This document shows, one piece after another, positions 36,318 through 51,799 of a stretch of 64,000 nucleotides of DNA (its first letter is position 1; the number at the start of each line of letters is the position of its first letter). The notes beneath the pieces were generated by a model. It searched no databases. It was not told where the DNA came from and worked only from the letters and a program-made list of their open reading frames with translations. Source of the stretch: Eledone cirrhosa (taxonomy: Eukaryota); contig OZ024764.1 in NCBI GenBank assembly GCA_964016885.1, positions 5,208,001 through 5,272,000 of the forward strand. The letters run 5' to 3'. The position numbers were made by a program, and so were the translations under genes.

Positions 36318-36912
36318 ATTGTTTCTACTTTTGGCACAAGGCCAGCAATTATCCAGTGCATTACTGGTACTTTATTTTATCGACCCCGTAAGGATGAAAG
36401 GCAAAGTTAACCTTGGCGGGATTTGAACTCAGATCATACAGGGAGGTAACTCTATGCTTCAAAGCATGGCGTCCGACTCTCTACCGATACTGCCAATCCA
36501 CCGCCTGAACATAAATAAATAATTGTTTCTATTTTAGGCACAAGGCCAGCAATTACCCAGTACATGACTGGTACTTTATTTTATCGACCCCGTAAGGATG
36601 AAAGGCAAAGTTAACCTCGGCGGGATTTGAACTCAGATCATAAAGGGACGTAACTCTATGCTTCAAAGCATGGCGTCCGACTCTCTACCGATACTGCCAA
36701 TCCACCGCCTGAACATAAATAAATAATTGTTTCTATTTTAGGCACAAGGCCAGCAATTACCCAGTACATGACTGGTACTTTATTTTATCGACCCCGTAAG
36801 GATGAAAGGCAAAGTTAACCTTGGCGGGATTTGAACTCAGATCATACAGGGAGGTAACTATGCTTCAAAGCATGGCGTCCGACTCTCTACCGATACTGCC
36901 AATCCACCGCCT
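36318..36912 (-). mobile_element. Three tandem tRNA-derived SINEs (unit 2)
   Basis: Copy of 13139-13731. Confidence 0.8.
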
Positions 36913-36999
36913 GAACATAAATAAATAATGTAATATATATATATATGTATGTGTGTGTGTATCTATTTATATATTTAACTATATTTTTTGTAATCACAG

Positions 37000-37041
37000 G
37001 ACTGTTCCACTGCAGAGTTCCGCTAGAGGAAACAGTGACGA
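37000..37041 (+). CDS. Candidate micro-exon E3 (42 nt)
   Basis: Identical to 13821-13862 with AG/GTAAGT boundaries. Confidence 0.68.
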
Positions 37042-37339
37042 GTAAGTTTTAGTTTTACACACTATCTAACCATTATTCTATCTGTTCCTTCCCGTCTCTC
37101 TCTCTCTTTATATATATATATTTATATATACTAAGGTCTATTATTGGTTGTGTAAAACGGTCCAATAAATTTTTGTTAGCAATATTAAGTTCTCCACGCT
37201 TTTGTATATCTCCAATTCCATTCAAGGGAACAGCTAGATGATGTAAAAAAATCCGAAGGCAAGGTAAAATTTCCAATCATTTTAATCATGTCGTGATTAA
37301 AATGATTGGAAATCTTACCTTCCCTTCGGATTTTCATTT

Positions 37340-37379
<40 letters not shown>

Positions 37380-37939
37380 CTCTGTCTCTTATAAACCACG
37401 TTGGCTATTATGACACTCTCTCCAACATAGAGAGCTATGTTGGCGATTATGACTCTCTCTCTCCCTCTCTATGTTGGCTATTATGACTCTCTCTCTCTCT
37501 ATGTTGGCTATTATGACTCTCTCTCTCTCTATGTTGGCTATAATGACTCTCTCTCTCTATCTATGTTGGCTATTATGTCTCTCTCTGTTCAAGGTTTATG
37601 AAGTTAGATGAACATCTTCAAAGTCCTCCCATATTCGCCTTGTCTAATATGCGTTCTTGTACCTGATTATTTCCCCCAAATCTCCTGGGATGTTATAAAC
37701 CATGATGGCTACCTATCTCACAATTTCTCTCCTGCCCACCCCCTCACACCACCATAGTCTATTCGACCAATCAAACCTCAGAAACATGTCCCCACCCATT
37801 ACCAACCCCAACAAACTCTGCCATTACTACTACTTCTACTTTTCTTCTAGCCCTTACCAGCCCCAACAAACCCTGACATTATTACTACTATTGTCCTTCT
37901 AGCTATGGGCTGAGGATAAATGGGGCTACCCCAAATTAA

Positions 37940-39156
37940 TAAATGAATATGAATCCGCGAGTTACCAAGCACCCATGCAAAGCTTTAATTCAGAGACAGG
38001 AAGCATACACACCCCACTGCAAAAATTCACCCTTTCCCACGAGTGGTGGCAAATGCCCAAAACTCCGAGTTGGAACCATCAATGTAAGCACAATGAAAGG
38101 AAGAGCAGGAGAAATTGTAGAGATGCTAGAGCGAAAGAAAATTGATGTATGCTGTGTGCAAGAGACTAGATGGAGAGCAGAGTCCGCTGGAGTCCTTGCA
38201 GGCAGAAGTCAGTGCTACCAATTTGTCTGGGTAGCAAATGACAACAGGATGGGAGGTGTAGCTATCCTATTAGCTGACAAATGGGTAGATAAGGTAATCT
38301 CAGTGAACAGGGTGAATGCAAGAATAATGAAACTTGGACTAGTCCTGAATAAAACAATTGCCACAATAATATCAGCTTACGCACCCCAATTGGGGTTGCC
38401 AGCTGACTATAGCGGGGAATTTAGTTTAGAGGTCGGTGTCCACCAGGGCTCTGTTCTTAGCCCACTCCTGTTCGTTAAAGTATTGCAAGCAATAATGGAG
38501 GTGATTATGACCGGATGCCCATGGGAACTCCTATATGCGGATCATCTCACACTTATAGCCGAATCTATGGTGGAACTATACTTGCTCAGTATGTAGGAAA
38601 GGAGTAGGCTGGCTGCAAAAGGTTTTCCCCTCAAAATGAAAAGCAGACTGTATGATGTGGGTATACGAATAGCAATGTTACATAGTAGTGAAACCTGGGC
38701 GCCGTCTGTGGAAGACTTGCATAGATTAGAAAGAAACGAAGCCTGCATGCTCCGATGGATGTGTAATAGTAATATACGCGAACGGCAAAGCATAAATGAA
38801 TTGAGAGAGTGACTGAGCATAAGAGGAATGAAATGCTGTGTGCAGGAGAGGAGGTTGCATTGGACATGTGATGCGTATGAAGGATGACAGCTGTATAAAA
38901 AGGTGTAGAGCAGTAGAAGTCGATGGAAGCCGTGGAGTGGGGAGACCCAAGAAGAGCTGGGATGAGGTGATAAAAGCCGGACTCACTGTAAATGAGGTTG
39001 GTGTTAGGAAGGGCATCCAGCTGTAGGAATCAAGCCAGAATCAGTTCCTGTATGAGCAAGACAAGGTCAGCTGAACAGACACTGCCCACAACAGGACAAC
39101 CCGTCTAACCCATGCTTGCGTGGAAGAATGGACGTAAAACAGTGATGAAGATGATA
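37940..39156 (+). pseudogene. Internally deleted RTE LINE (unit 2)
   Basis: ORF 37943-38596 has the same translation as 14774-15427. Confidence 0.9.
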
Positions 39157-41037
39157 TATCATATATGCTAGTGTACTATTTGACATTTGGAGCCTAAAAA
39201 TATCTCTCCAAAACCAGGGGTCGACTTGTCTGCTGAATATAGTATGTTACCTTTACCACTGAGGGGTAAACAGTGAAACTGCCTGCCTAACACTTGTTGT
39301 ACACCACTTACCATAACTCTAACAACCCACCACATTTATTTCTACTGAATCTCATATTTGTTAAGTTTAACGTAGAGATTATAGTAATATCAATGTCTTG
39401 CTGTAGCTTATAGGGTAGGTTACCATACGGTAGGGTACTGTAGGGTAGGTTACCATAGGGCAGGTTACTGTAGGGTAGGATACTGTCTGGTAGGTTACCA
39501 TAGGGTAGGTTACTGTAGGGTAGGTTACTATAGGGTAGGTTACTGTAGGGTAGGTTACTGTAGTGTAGGTTACTGTAGAGTAGGTTACTATAGGGTAGGT
39601 TACTGTAGTGTAGATTACTCTAGGCTAGGTTACCATAGGGTAGGTTACTGTAGTGTAGATTACCATAGGGTAGGTTACCACAGAGTAGGTGACCATAGGG
39701 TATGTTATTATAGGGTAGGTAACTGTAGGTTAGGTTACTGTAGGGTAGGTTACCTTATGGTAAGTTACTATAGGGTAGGTTACCATAGTGTAGGTTACCT
39801 TATGGTAAGTTACTATAGGGTAGGTTACCATAGGGTAGGTTACCTTATGGTAGGTTACCTTATGGTAAGTTACTATAGGGTAGGTTACCATAGTGTAGGT
39901 TACCTTATGGTAAGTTACTATAGGGTAGGTTACCATAGGGTAGGTTACCTTAGTGTAGGTTACCATAAGGTAGGTTACTGTAGGGTAGGTTACCATAGGG
40001 TAGGTTACTGTAGGGTAGGTTACCATAGGGTAGGTTACTGTAGGTAGGTTACCATAGGGTAGTTTACCGTAGGTTAGGTTACTGTAGGGTAGGTTAACAT
40101 AGGGTATGTTAGCATAGGGTTGGTTACCATAGGTTAAGTTCATATAGGTTGTTACCATATGGTAGGTTACTGTAGGGTAGGTTGCTATAGGGTAGGTTAT
40201 CGTAGAGTAGATTACTATAAGGTAGGTTACCATAAGGTAGGTTACCGTAGGGTAGGTTACTATAGGGTAGGGTATCATAGGATAGGTTACCATAAGGCAG
40301 GTTACCATAGAGTAGGTTACCTTAGGGTAGTTTACTATAAGATAGGTTACCATAGTGTAGCTTACCATAGGGTAGGTTGTTACCATAGGCAAGGTTACTA
40401 TAGGGTGGGTTACCATAGGGTAGTTTATGATATGGTTGGTTACCATAGTGTAGGTTACTATAACATAGGTTACCATAGTGTAGGATACCTTAGATTAGGT
40501 TACCACAGGATAGGTTACTGTAGGTTAGGTTACCATATGGTAGGTTACCATAGGTTAGGTTAGCAATGGGTAGGTTACTATAGGTTGTTACCATAAGGTA
40601 GGTTACTGTATGGTGGGTTACCATAGGGTAGGGTACCATAAAGTAGGTTATTATAGTGTAGGTTACCTTAGGATAGGTAACCATAGGGTAGGTTACTATG
40701 GGGTAAGTTACCATAGGGTAGGTTCCCATAGGGTAGGTTAATATAAGCTAGGTTACCTCAGGGTAGGTTACCATACCATAAAGTAGGTTACCATAGGTTT
40801 GTTAAGGTTAGGCTAGGCTGGTCTACTCGGTGAGTTAAAACTCACTTGTGACTGTAGTGTTTTAGAAGTGTCTCAATCTTTCATGCACCACTAAATTTTT
40901 TAACTATTTCCCCTGAAACTGCCTTATTTTTGGGGGTCATCTTATCAATCGAATAGCGTCCTAAATCTAAATTATACTTCAGAATTTTAGGGGCCGACTT
41001 ATGTACCGGATAGACTTGTACACCGGCATATATGGTA
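39157..41037 (+). mobile_element. Minisatellite-bearing pogo-like element (unit 2)
   Basis: Copy of 15988-17868 with both TIRs. Confidence 0.72.
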
Positions 41038-41056
41038 TATATATATATATATGCAT

Positions 41057-41391
41057 GGAGGCACATGGCTTAGTGGTTAGAGCATTGGTCATGCAATCGA
41101 AAGGTTGTGAGTTCAATTCTCAGACCGGGTGATGTGTTGGTTCCTTGAGCAAGACACTTTATTTCACATTGCTCCAGTTTACTCAGCTGTAGAAATGAGA
41201 TGATAGGGACTGGGGTCCCTATCATTCCACTGCAAAGTGGTCGTGGAGGTGCCACGGCAAAAAAAGCACCCAGCACTCACTGTAAATGAGGTTGGTGACA
41301 GGAAGGGAATACAGCTGTAGAAATCAAGCCAGAATCAGTTCCCGTCCCGCCCTTGCAAGCAGGGAAAAGTGGACGTAAAATGAAATGATGA
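41057..41391 (+). mobile_element. tRNA-derived SINE with RTE tail (unit 2)
   Basis: Copy of 17888-18222. Confidence 0.8.
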
Positions 41392-41688
41392 AAGAGAGAT
41401 AGAGAGAAAGAGAGGGAGTGAGAGAGATACATTAAAACAATAACAGAAGGTCTGACTGGAGAATTTACTTTAGAATTCCTTCACGGAAATGTCTTATTTA
41501 TCTGTAACACAAACTTCAAAAAACAAGACAACCACTTAATAATCGATAGATCAAGTGAGCCCTCCAGCTAGATAGATTTCCTTGTTACCAGAAGATAGAG
41601 TGACTGTTATAAACACAAAGTCCTTCCCTAGTGAAGAATGCACCTCCCAACATACCTTAGAATACAACCTGGAAGAAAAGAGTATAGA

Positions 41689-42286
41689 TCAAAATCAAAA
41701 GGTCTTAAAGTCAATTTGGTAAAGACTAAAGTTCTAGTAAGTAGAAAGGAAAACTGGGCCCAGATCTCTTCAGGTAAACTGTCCTGCTCAGTGGGCAGAA
41801 AAGGAGTAGGTAGAAATTCCATCCTATGTCCCATATAGAAATGATGGGTACACAAAAGATGTTGTGGGATCTCAGGAAGGCTAACAAAGAACGTAGCTTC
41901 TACATGTGGCCAGTGAACAGGGGCAGGAAATATCAAGAGCTCTCGAGTTACAATCTCCTTCAAATGCCCAAATGTCTCTGCAGAGGTGGTAGATAGTTTC
42001 TGTTACTTAGGTGACTAAATCAGCAGTGGAGGAGGGTGGTCCAAAAACTCAGTAACAAGAGTGAGATTAGATTGGAGAAAGTGCAGGGATCTACTACTAC
42101 TGCTAACTACAAAACATTTTTCCATCAAAATGAAGGGCAGACTGTATGATGCAGGTATACAAACAACAATGTTGCACAGCAGCGAGACCTGGGCACTGTG
42201 TGTAGAAGATCTGTAAAGATTGGAAAGAAATGAAGCCTCCATGCTTCAATGGATGTGCCATAGTAATATATGCAAATGGCAAAACA
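41689..42286 (+). pseudogene. Truncated RTE LINE fragment (unit 2)
   Basis: Copy of 18520-19117. Confidence 0.85.
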
Positions 42287-42943
42287 TAGGTTACCATTGG
42301 GTAGGTTACTGTAGGGTAGGGTACCATAGGGTGGGTTACCATAGCGTAGGTTACTGAATGGTAGGTTACATTTTGTTAGGTTACTGTAGGGTAGGTTACC
42401 ATAGGGTAGGTTACCATAGGGTGGGTTACCACAGGGTAGGTTACTGTAGGGTAGGTTACCATAGGGTAGTTATGTAGGGTAGGTTACTGTAGGGTAGGTT
42501 ACCATAGAGTAGGATACTGTAGGGTAGGTTACCATAGGGTAGTTATGTAGGGTAGGTTACCATAGTGTAGGTTACTGTAGGGTAGGTTACCATAGAGTAG
42601 GATACTGTAGGGTAGGTCACTGTAGGGTAGGTTACCATAGGGTAGGTTATTATAGGGTAGGTTACCATAGGTTAGGTTACTATAGGGTTGGTTGCCATAG
42701 GGTATGTTACCATAGGGTAGGTTACTATAAGGTAGGTTACCATACCATAGGCTAGGTTACCATATGTTTGTTAAGGTTAGGCTAGGCTGGTTTACTCGGT
42801 GAGTTAAAACTCACTTGCGACTGTAGTGTTTTAGAAGAAGTGTCTTAATCTTTAGTGCGCCACTAAATTTTTTAACTATTTCCCCTGAAACTGCCTTATT
42901 TTTTGGGTGTCGTCTTATGAATCGAATAATGTCGTATAGGACT

Positions 42944-43874
42944 ATCTGGCATGTTTTCTATGGCTGGATGCCCTTCCTAACACCAACCACGTTTACAGTG
43001 TGGGGACTGGGAGGTTTTTACCATGTTAACTACACGGCCAATTTACAGCGTGGACTGTGTGTATTATTGTCATGACACCTACACAACCTCATTTATTTAG
43101 GACTGGATGTTGTGTGACCAACATAATTTTACAGAGATGGGGGTGGGAGTAGTGGGGTGGGGGCGTATATTTGGTTAAGAGGTGCCTACTGACTGTAGGT
43201 TTCGCTTTGTACTTAGGCAAGGGTGGTCTGCTGTATTACTGCGTAGCGCCAAAGATCTCGGTTCAGTGACATTGTCTTGGAGAGGTGTAAGTGTGTGAGA
43301 TCGGAATTTATCAATTCGTCCCAGGGTTTTCTGGGTCTGCCTACTCCGTGGCTACCATTTATTTTGATCGCCCTGCACTTTTTTATACAGCTGTCGTCTT
43401 TCTTGCGCATCACGTGACCATACCAACGTAGTCTTCTCTCGAGTAAACAACATCTGATCCCTCTTATTCCTAATTTCTCACTTAGTTCATTTATGCTTTG
43501 CCGTTCACGTATATTACTATTACACATCCAGCGGAGCATGCAAACTTCATTCCTCTCCAGTCTGCGTATATCCTCTGCACACAATGCCCAAGTCTCACTG
43601 CCATGTAACATTGTTGTTCGTATGCAGGCATCATACGGCCTGCCTTTCATTTTTAGAGAGAACCCTTTAGCGGCCAATCGTACAATGAAAAGAGCGTCTG
43701 TGATACTTTTACCTGACACAAACCCAAACTGCATTTCATCTAGATCAATTCTCTCTCTGATTAGTTGCGCTATTACTTTTTCTGTGACCCTCATGAACTG
43801 GTCAATTAATTTAATGCCTCTATAGTTTCCCCTATCTAGGGCATCTCCTTTACCCTTGTAGCAGTTAATGATGA
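42944..43874 (-). pseudogene. Minus-strand RTE LINE fragment (unit 2)
   Basis: ORF 43213-43926. Confidence 0.9.
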
Positions 43875-44285
43875 TGATATATATATAAAAGAAATAGGAT
43901 TTCGCTTCAAGCATATCTTTATACAATATGTATAAATATTTTGTATCTCCAAAGAAATACGGTTTTAGGAAGCCTTAGCTCTGCAAACCCTGGGGGGCTA
44001 ACATCCTCTGGTGATGTCCAGCAGAAGCAAAGGGGACAACCGTCTATGCATTTCAGGCTTAACTGGCCATCGTCAGGACAGTCCCTCCCACTGCTTGCGA
44101 CTGCTGGCCAGTTAAGCATGAAATGCATAGACGGTTGTCCCCCTTGCTTCTGCTGGACATCACCAGAGGCCTTGAAACCCTAAGTCCCTTTTGTTCTGTG
44201 TATGAACAGAAATAAATAATGTAATATATATATATGTATGTGTGTGTATCTATTTATATATTTAACTATATTTTTCTCATTACAG

Positions 44286-44342
44286 GAACACCACTAATTT
44301 CTCTAATTACAGCCCTTCACTATCCCATTGCAAGAAATTTAC
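44286..44342 (+). CDS. Candidate micro-exon E4 (57 nt, weak donor)
   Basis: Identical to 21117-21173. Confidence 0.4.
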
Positions 44343-45189
44343 GTGTTACCTTAACAAACTGTCTAACCATTGTTTAATCTGCTCCTTCCTCTACCTCTCC
44401 CTTTATACACACACACACATATATACCCCTATATATATATGTATACACACACACACACAAATATATACACATATATACATATATATATACACACATATAT
44501 ATATAATCACATATATATATACATATATACAAGCGAGACACGGCCTGCTGACCAATCTCGCCTTAAGTGGGACAAAACCGTCCAACCCATGCTAGCATGG
44601 AAGATGGACTTTAAATGATGATGATATATACACACTGACACATATATATATACATATATATATACACATATATATACGCATATATTTATATATATATATG
44701 AGTTCAAGTCCGCCGAGGTTAACTTTGCCTTTCATCTTTACGAGGTCGATAAAATAAAGTACCAGTGGTGTACTGGGGTAATCGCTGGCCTTGTGCCAAA
44801 AGTAGAAACTATAATTATATATATATAACCAAAGATTAATATAGTTCGTTGATTACTCAACGAATACAGTTGTACAATAGATTAGAAGAACTCAACAGTG
44901 AAAGTTTTCCTGGACTTTTTAATATTAACAAATGAAAAATATTCTCATAATCAAAATATATACTTTATTATATACATTTCAAAGATATATGACATACCTC
45001 TACGGTCTTGATTCTTCAATTCCAGTATTGCAGTCACTGCCAATACTGGAATTGAAGAATCAAGACCGTAGCGCTATGTCATAATCATATATTTTGTCTG
45101 ATGAGGACGTACTGAAAAAACAACAATATATATAATATAGTATATATTTTGATTATGCGAATATTTTTCATTTGTTAACATTTTGAATA

Positions 45190-45237
<48 letters not shown>

Positions 45238-45303
45238 AGGTAAAATTAATAATGAAAGAGTTGCAAGCCTTTAAAACATATCTTTATAAAGCTCTTACAT
45301 ATG

Positions 45304-45379
<76 letters not shown>

Positions 45380-46990
45380 TCATTATCATTTTATGTCCGC
45401 TTTTCCCTGCTTGCAAGGGTTGGGCTCTCACCACCACTGGCCATGTTTTTTGTGGTCTTCCTTTTACTGGGATTTTTTAGCACCTCTTTACCCAGCAGTC
45501 ATCCTCGATGCGCATCACTTGTCCATACCATCTCAGTCTTCTCTCCTGCACACCACAACTTATCCCCAGTTTCTCTCTCAACTCATCTATGGTCTTGTCG
45601 TTCACGCACATTGACACACACACACATACACATATATATATTAATTCTATTGACTGATTAATAGCTCTTGTTAATTTTAAAACTATTCTGTTGAGAGCTT
45701 AATTCGTTCTGTGATATTGTGCAATTTTGCAATAACACACATACTGAATTCATACGCCAAAACTAAGGGCTGCCCCCCCCCCCCCCTTGTGAAGCCCCAC
45801 GTGGGTTTTGATAACGGTCAGTCCTTGACATTATTTGTCTAAGTAGACAGTACTTGATTTAGGAGTTGCAGAAACCCAATACTGGATATTACCAACCTTC
45901 CAGGGGTCCGGGTATAATTTTCCATCATATTTTATTTGTTTTACTCGAATTACTTGGTCGTGTCTATGGCTGTGCGGATAATTGTTTAACCATCGTCTCA
46001 GTGTGTTTGGCCTTTTAACTTATGTTGTTGCTCTAGTTCACTAGCTTCTATGGAGCGCTTGCCACACATCTCGGAAGTTGTTTTTCGTTAATTTCCAATA
46101 GCAGAAATGCAATTCTCGCTAATTTATATATATATATATATATACACGTATAAGGGATAACAAAATATCGTTATAGGTAATCCAGGTAGAAGTTGTGAAT
46201 ACTCTGTATTGTGGTTAGTCTTAGTCTACGGCGTTGTTTGACTCAACAAGAGGTTTCCGTAGGTGGCAAGTATTTGAGTTCTCTTGAATTCCTATGTAAG
46301 TTTATCTTGGAGTAATAATATTGAAAGTGTGAAGAATAACATGGTCAACAGTACAAAAGAAGGTTTTTATTTACAGTATTAACAATTGTTTCACTGATTA
46401 AGTTGTCTAAAAATCGCTGAAAACTTAAAGCTGTGCCACTCAATCTACTATATATATTGGAAGTGGTCGGACGTTGTATATTTAAGTAAATAAGTAGGTG
46501 TAGTCGGATAAACGTCGAAACGGCTTGGTGGAATGCAGCGAAAATTTACACAGTTATGCAGAATTGTAGCAGTTAATGATGATATATATGTAAAAGAAAT
46601 AGGATTTCGCTTCAAGCATATCTTTATACAATATGTATAAATATTTTGTATCTCCAAAGAAATACGGTTTTAGGAAGCCTTAGCTCTGCAAACCCTGGGG
46701 GGCAAACGTCCTCTGGTGATGTCCAGCAGAAGCAAGGGGGACAACCGTCTATGCATTTCAGGCTTAACTGACCATCGTCTGGACAGTCCCTCCCACTGCT
46801 TGCGACTGCTGGCCAGTTAAGCGTGAAATGCATAGACGGTTGTCCCCCTTGCTTCTGCTGGACATCACCAGAGGCCTTGAAACCCTAAGTCCCTTTTGCT
46901 CTGTGTATGAACAGAAATAAATAATGTAATATATATATATGTATGTGTGTGTATCTATTTATATATTTAACTATTTTTTTCTCATTACAG

Positions 46991-47023
46991 CAACCTTCTT
47001 ATGATAGATTACAAGAAATTTAT
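46991..47023 (+). CDS. Candidate micro-exon E1 (33 nt), NLLMIDYKKF(M)
   Basis: Identical to 23821-23853 with AG/GTAAGT boundaries. Confidence 0.6.
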
Positions 47024-47950
47024 GTAAGTGTTACCTTAACAAACTGTCTAACCATTGTTTAATCTGCTCCTCCCTCTACCTCTCCCTTTATACACACACA
47101 CATATATACCCCTATATATATATGTATACACACACACACACAAATATATACACATATATACATATATATATACACACACATATATATACATATATACAAG
47201 CGAGACACGGCCTGCTGACCAATCTCGTCTTAAGTGGGACAAAACCGTCCAACCCATGCTAGCATGGAAGATGGACTTTAAATGATGATGATATATATAC
47301 ACTGACACATATATATACATATATACAAATATATATACGCATATATCTATATATATATATATGAGTTCAAGTCCACCGAGGTTAACTTTGCCTTTCATCT
47401 TTACGAGGTCGATAAAATAAAGTACCAGTGGTGCACTGGGGTAATCGCTGGCCTTGTGCCATAAGTAGAAACTATAATTATATATATATAACCAAAGATT
47501 AATATAGTTCGTTGATTACTCAACGAATACAGTTGTACAATAGATTAGAAGAACTCAACAGTGAAAGTTTTCCTGGACTTTTTAATATTAACAAATGAAA
47601 AATATTCTCATAATCAAAATATATACTTTATTATATACATTTCAAAGGTATATGACATACCTCTACGGTCTTGATTCTTCAATTCCAGTATTGCAGTCAC
47701 TGCCAATACTGGAATTGAAGAATCAAGACCGTAGCGCTATGTCATAATCATATATTTTGTCTGATGAGGACGTACTGAAAAAACAACAATATATATAATA
47801 TAGTATATATTTTGATTATGCGAATACTTTTCATTTGTTAACATTTTGAATAATATATATACATATATATATATATATATGTATAGGTAAAATGAATAAT
47901 GAAAGAGTTGCAAGCCTTTAAAACATATCTTTATAAAGCTCTTACATATG

Positions 47951-47990
<40 letters not shown>

Positions 47991-48974
47991 TCATTATCAT
48001 TTTATGTCCGCTTTTCCCTGCTTGCAAGGGTAGGGCTCTCACCACCACTGGCCATGTTTTTCGTGGTCTTCCTTTTACTGGGATTTTTTAGCACCTCTTT
48101 ACCCAGCGGTCATCCTCGATGCGCATCACTTGTCCATACCATCTCAGTCTTCTCTCCTGCACACCACAACTCATCCCCAGTTTCTCTCTCAACTCATCTA
48201 TGGTCTTGTCGTTCACGCATATTGACACACACACACACACACACATATATATATTAATTCTATTGACTGATTAATAGCTCTTGTTAATTTTAAAACCATT
48301 CTGTTGAGAGCTTAATTCGTTTTGTGATATTTTGCAATAACACACATACTGAATTCATCCGCCAAAACTAAGGGTTGCCCCCCCCCCCCCCTGTGAAGCC
48401 CCACGTGGGTTTTGATAACGGTCAGTCCTTGGCTTGGCACTGAACTAAAAGCCTGTTGCAAAAGTGACTTCCTTGTTCGATCATCATACAAAAAGCTTAA
48501 CATTATTTGTCTAAGTAGACAGTACTTGATTTAGGAGTTGCAGAAACCCAATACTGGATATTACCAACCTTCCAGGGGTCCGGGTATAATTTTCCATCAT
48601 ATTTTATTTGTTTTACTCGAATTACTTGGTCGTGTCTATGGCTGTGTGGATAATTGTTTAACCATCGTCTCAGTGCGTTTGGCCTTTTAACTTACGTTGT
48701 TGCTCTAGTTCACTAGCTTCTATGGAGCGTTTCCCACACATCTCGGAAGTTGTTTTTCGTTAATTTCCAATAGCAGAAATGCAATTCTCGCTAATTTATA
48801 TATATATATATATATACACGTATAAGGGATAACAAAATATCGTTATAGGTAATCCAGTTAGAGGTTGTGAATACTCTGTATTGTGGTTAGTCTTAGTCTA
48901 CGGCGTTGTTTGACTCAACAAGAGGTTTCCGTAGGTGGCAAGTATTTGAGTTCTCTTGAATTCCTATGTAAGTT

Positions 48975-51460
48975 TTGTTGTACACCAGTTACCATAACTC
49001 TAGCAACCCATCACATTTATTTCTACTGAATCTCATATTTGTTAAGTTTAACGTAGAGATTATAGTAATATCAATGTCTTGCTGTAGCTTATAGGGTAGG
49101 TTACCATAGGGTAGGTTACTGTAGGGTAGGTTACCATAGGGTAGATAGTGTCTGGTAGGTTACCATAGGGTAGGTTACGATAGGGTAGGATAGTGTTTGG
49201 TAGGTTACCATAGGGTAGGTTACTGTAGGGTAGGTTACGATAGGGTAGGATACTGTAGGGTAAGTTACTGGAGCGTAGGTTACGATAGGGTAGGTTACCA
49301 TTGGGTAGGTTACCATTGGGTAGGTTATTATAGGGTAGGTTACCACAGGGTAGGTTACCATAGAATAGGTTACTGTAGGGTATTTTACCATAGGGTATGT
49401 TACCATAGGGTAGGTTACCTTAAGGTAGGTTACCATAGGTAGGTTACCTTAGGGTAGGTGACCATAGTGTAGGTTACCATAGATTAGGTTCTGTATGGTA
49501 GGTTAGGTTACTATAGGGTAGGTTACCATAGGGTAGGTTACGATAGGGTAGGTTACCATAGCGTAGGTTACTATTGGGTAGGTTACCATAGGGTAGGTTA
49601 CTGTAGGTTAGGTTACGTAGGGTTGGTTACCATAGGGTAGGTTGCCATAGAGTAGGTTATTATAGGGTAGGTTACCATAAGGTAGATTACCTCAGGGTAG
49701 GTTACTGTAGGGTAGGTTACCATGGGGTAGGTTACCATAGGGTAGGTTACCATAGTGTAGGTTACCTTAAATTAGGTTACCACAGGATAAGTTACCATAT
49801 GGTAGGTTACTGTAGGTTAGGTTACCATAGGTCAGGTTACCATAGGGTAGGTTACTATAGGTTGCTACCATTGGGTAGGTTACTGTAGGGTAACATAGGT
49901 TACCATAGTGTAGGTTAATATAACATAGGTCACCATAGTGTAGGTTACTTTAGATTAGGTTACCATAGGGTAGGTTACCACAGGATAGGTTACCATAGGG
50001 TAGGTTACTATAGGTTGTTACCATAGGGTAGGTTACGATATGGTTGGTTACCATAGTGTAGGTTACTATAACATTGGTTACCATAGTGTAGGTTACCTTA
50101 ATTTAGGTTACCATAGGTTAGGTTACCGTATCGTAGGTTACTGTAGGTTAGGTTACCATAGGGTAGGTTACTATAGGGTAGGCTACCAATGATAGGTTAC
50201 CATAGGGTAGGTTACCACAGGATATGTTACCATAGGGTAGGTTACTGTAGGGTAGGTTACTATAACATAGGTCACCATAGTGTAGGTTACTTTAGATTAG
50301 GTTACCATAGGGTAGGTTACCACAGGATAAGTTACCATATGGTAGGTTACTGTAGGTTGTTACCATAGGCTAGGTTACTATAACATAGGTTACCAAAGTG
50401 TAGGTTTCTATAGGTTGTTACCATAGGGTAGGTTACTGTAGGGTAGGTTACCATAGGTTAGGTTACCATAGTGTAGGTTACTGTAGGGTAGGTTACTGTA
50501 GGGTAGGATACTGTAGGGTAGAATACTGTAGGGTAGGTTACCATAGGGTAGGATACTGTAGGGTAGGTTACTGTAGGGTAGGTTACTGTAGGGTAGGATA
50601 CTGTAGGGTAGGTTACTGTAGGGTAGGATACTGTAGGGTAGGTTACCGTAGGGTAGGTTACTGTAGGGTAGGTTACCATAGGGTAGGATACTGTAGGGTA
50701 GGTTACTGTAGGGTAGGATACTGTAGGGTAGGATACTGTAGGGTAGGTTACCATAGGGTAGGATACTGTAGGGTAGGATACTGTAGGGTAGGATACTGTA
50801 GGGTAGGATACTGTAGGGTAGGATACTGTAGGGTAGGTTACTGTAGGGTAGGTTACCGTAGGGTAGGTTACTGTAGGGTAGGTTACCATAGGGTAGGATA
50901 CTGTAGCGTAGGTTACTGTAGTGTAGGTTACCATAGGGTAGGTTATTATAGTATAGGTTACCGTAGGGTAGGTTTCCATGAAGTAGGTGACCATAGGGTA
51001 GGTTACTATAAGTAAGGTTACCATAGGGTAGGTTTCCATGAAGTAGGTTACCACAGGGTAGGTTAACATAAATTAGGTTACCTTAGGGTAGGTTACCATA
51101 AGTTAGGTTACCATAGGGTAGGTTTCCACAAGGTATTAACATAAAGTAGGTTACCATAAGTTAGGTTACCATAGGGTAGGTTACCATAAGTTAGGTTACC
51201 AGAGGGTAGGTTACCATAGGTTTGTTAAGGTTAGGCTAGGCTGGTCTACTCGGTGAGTTAAAACTCACTTGTGACTGTAGTGTTTTAGAATAAGTGTCTT
51301 AATCTTTCGTGCACCACTAAATTTTTTAACTATTTCCCCTGAAACTGCCTTATTTTGGGGAGGTTATCTTATCAATCGAATAGCGTCCTAAATCTAAATT
51401 ACACCTCAGAATTTTAGGGGCCACGCTATGTACCGGATAGACTTGTACACCGGCATATAT
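48975..51460 (+). mobile_element. Left-truncated minisatellite-bearing pogo-like element (unit 3)
   Basis: Copy of 2475-4930. Confidence 0.6.
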
Positions 51461-51799
51461 ATATATGCAAAGAGAGCGAGAGAAACAGCGGGAGTGAGAG
51501 AGATACATTAAAACAATAACAGAGGTCTGACTGGAGAATTTACTTTAGAATTTTAAGAGAAAAGAGGAAGGTTTCAGACTTCTGGAATTCCTTCACGAAA
51601 ATGTCCTATTTATCTGTAACACAAACTTCAAAAAATGAGACAACCACTTAATAACCTATAGATCATGTGAGCCCACCAGCTAGATAGATTTCCTTGTTAC
51701 CATAAGACAGAGTGACTGTTATAAAAACAAAGTCCCTCCCTAGTGAAGAATGCACCTCCCAACATACCTTAGGAGACAACCTGGAAGAAAAGAGTATAG

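Larger units (their letters stand above)
23394..46563 (+). repeat. ~23.17-kb tandem segmental repeat, unit 2
   Basis: Starts at TTGTAGCAGTTAATGATGAT (23394); the same junction recurs at 46564. Confidence 0.97.
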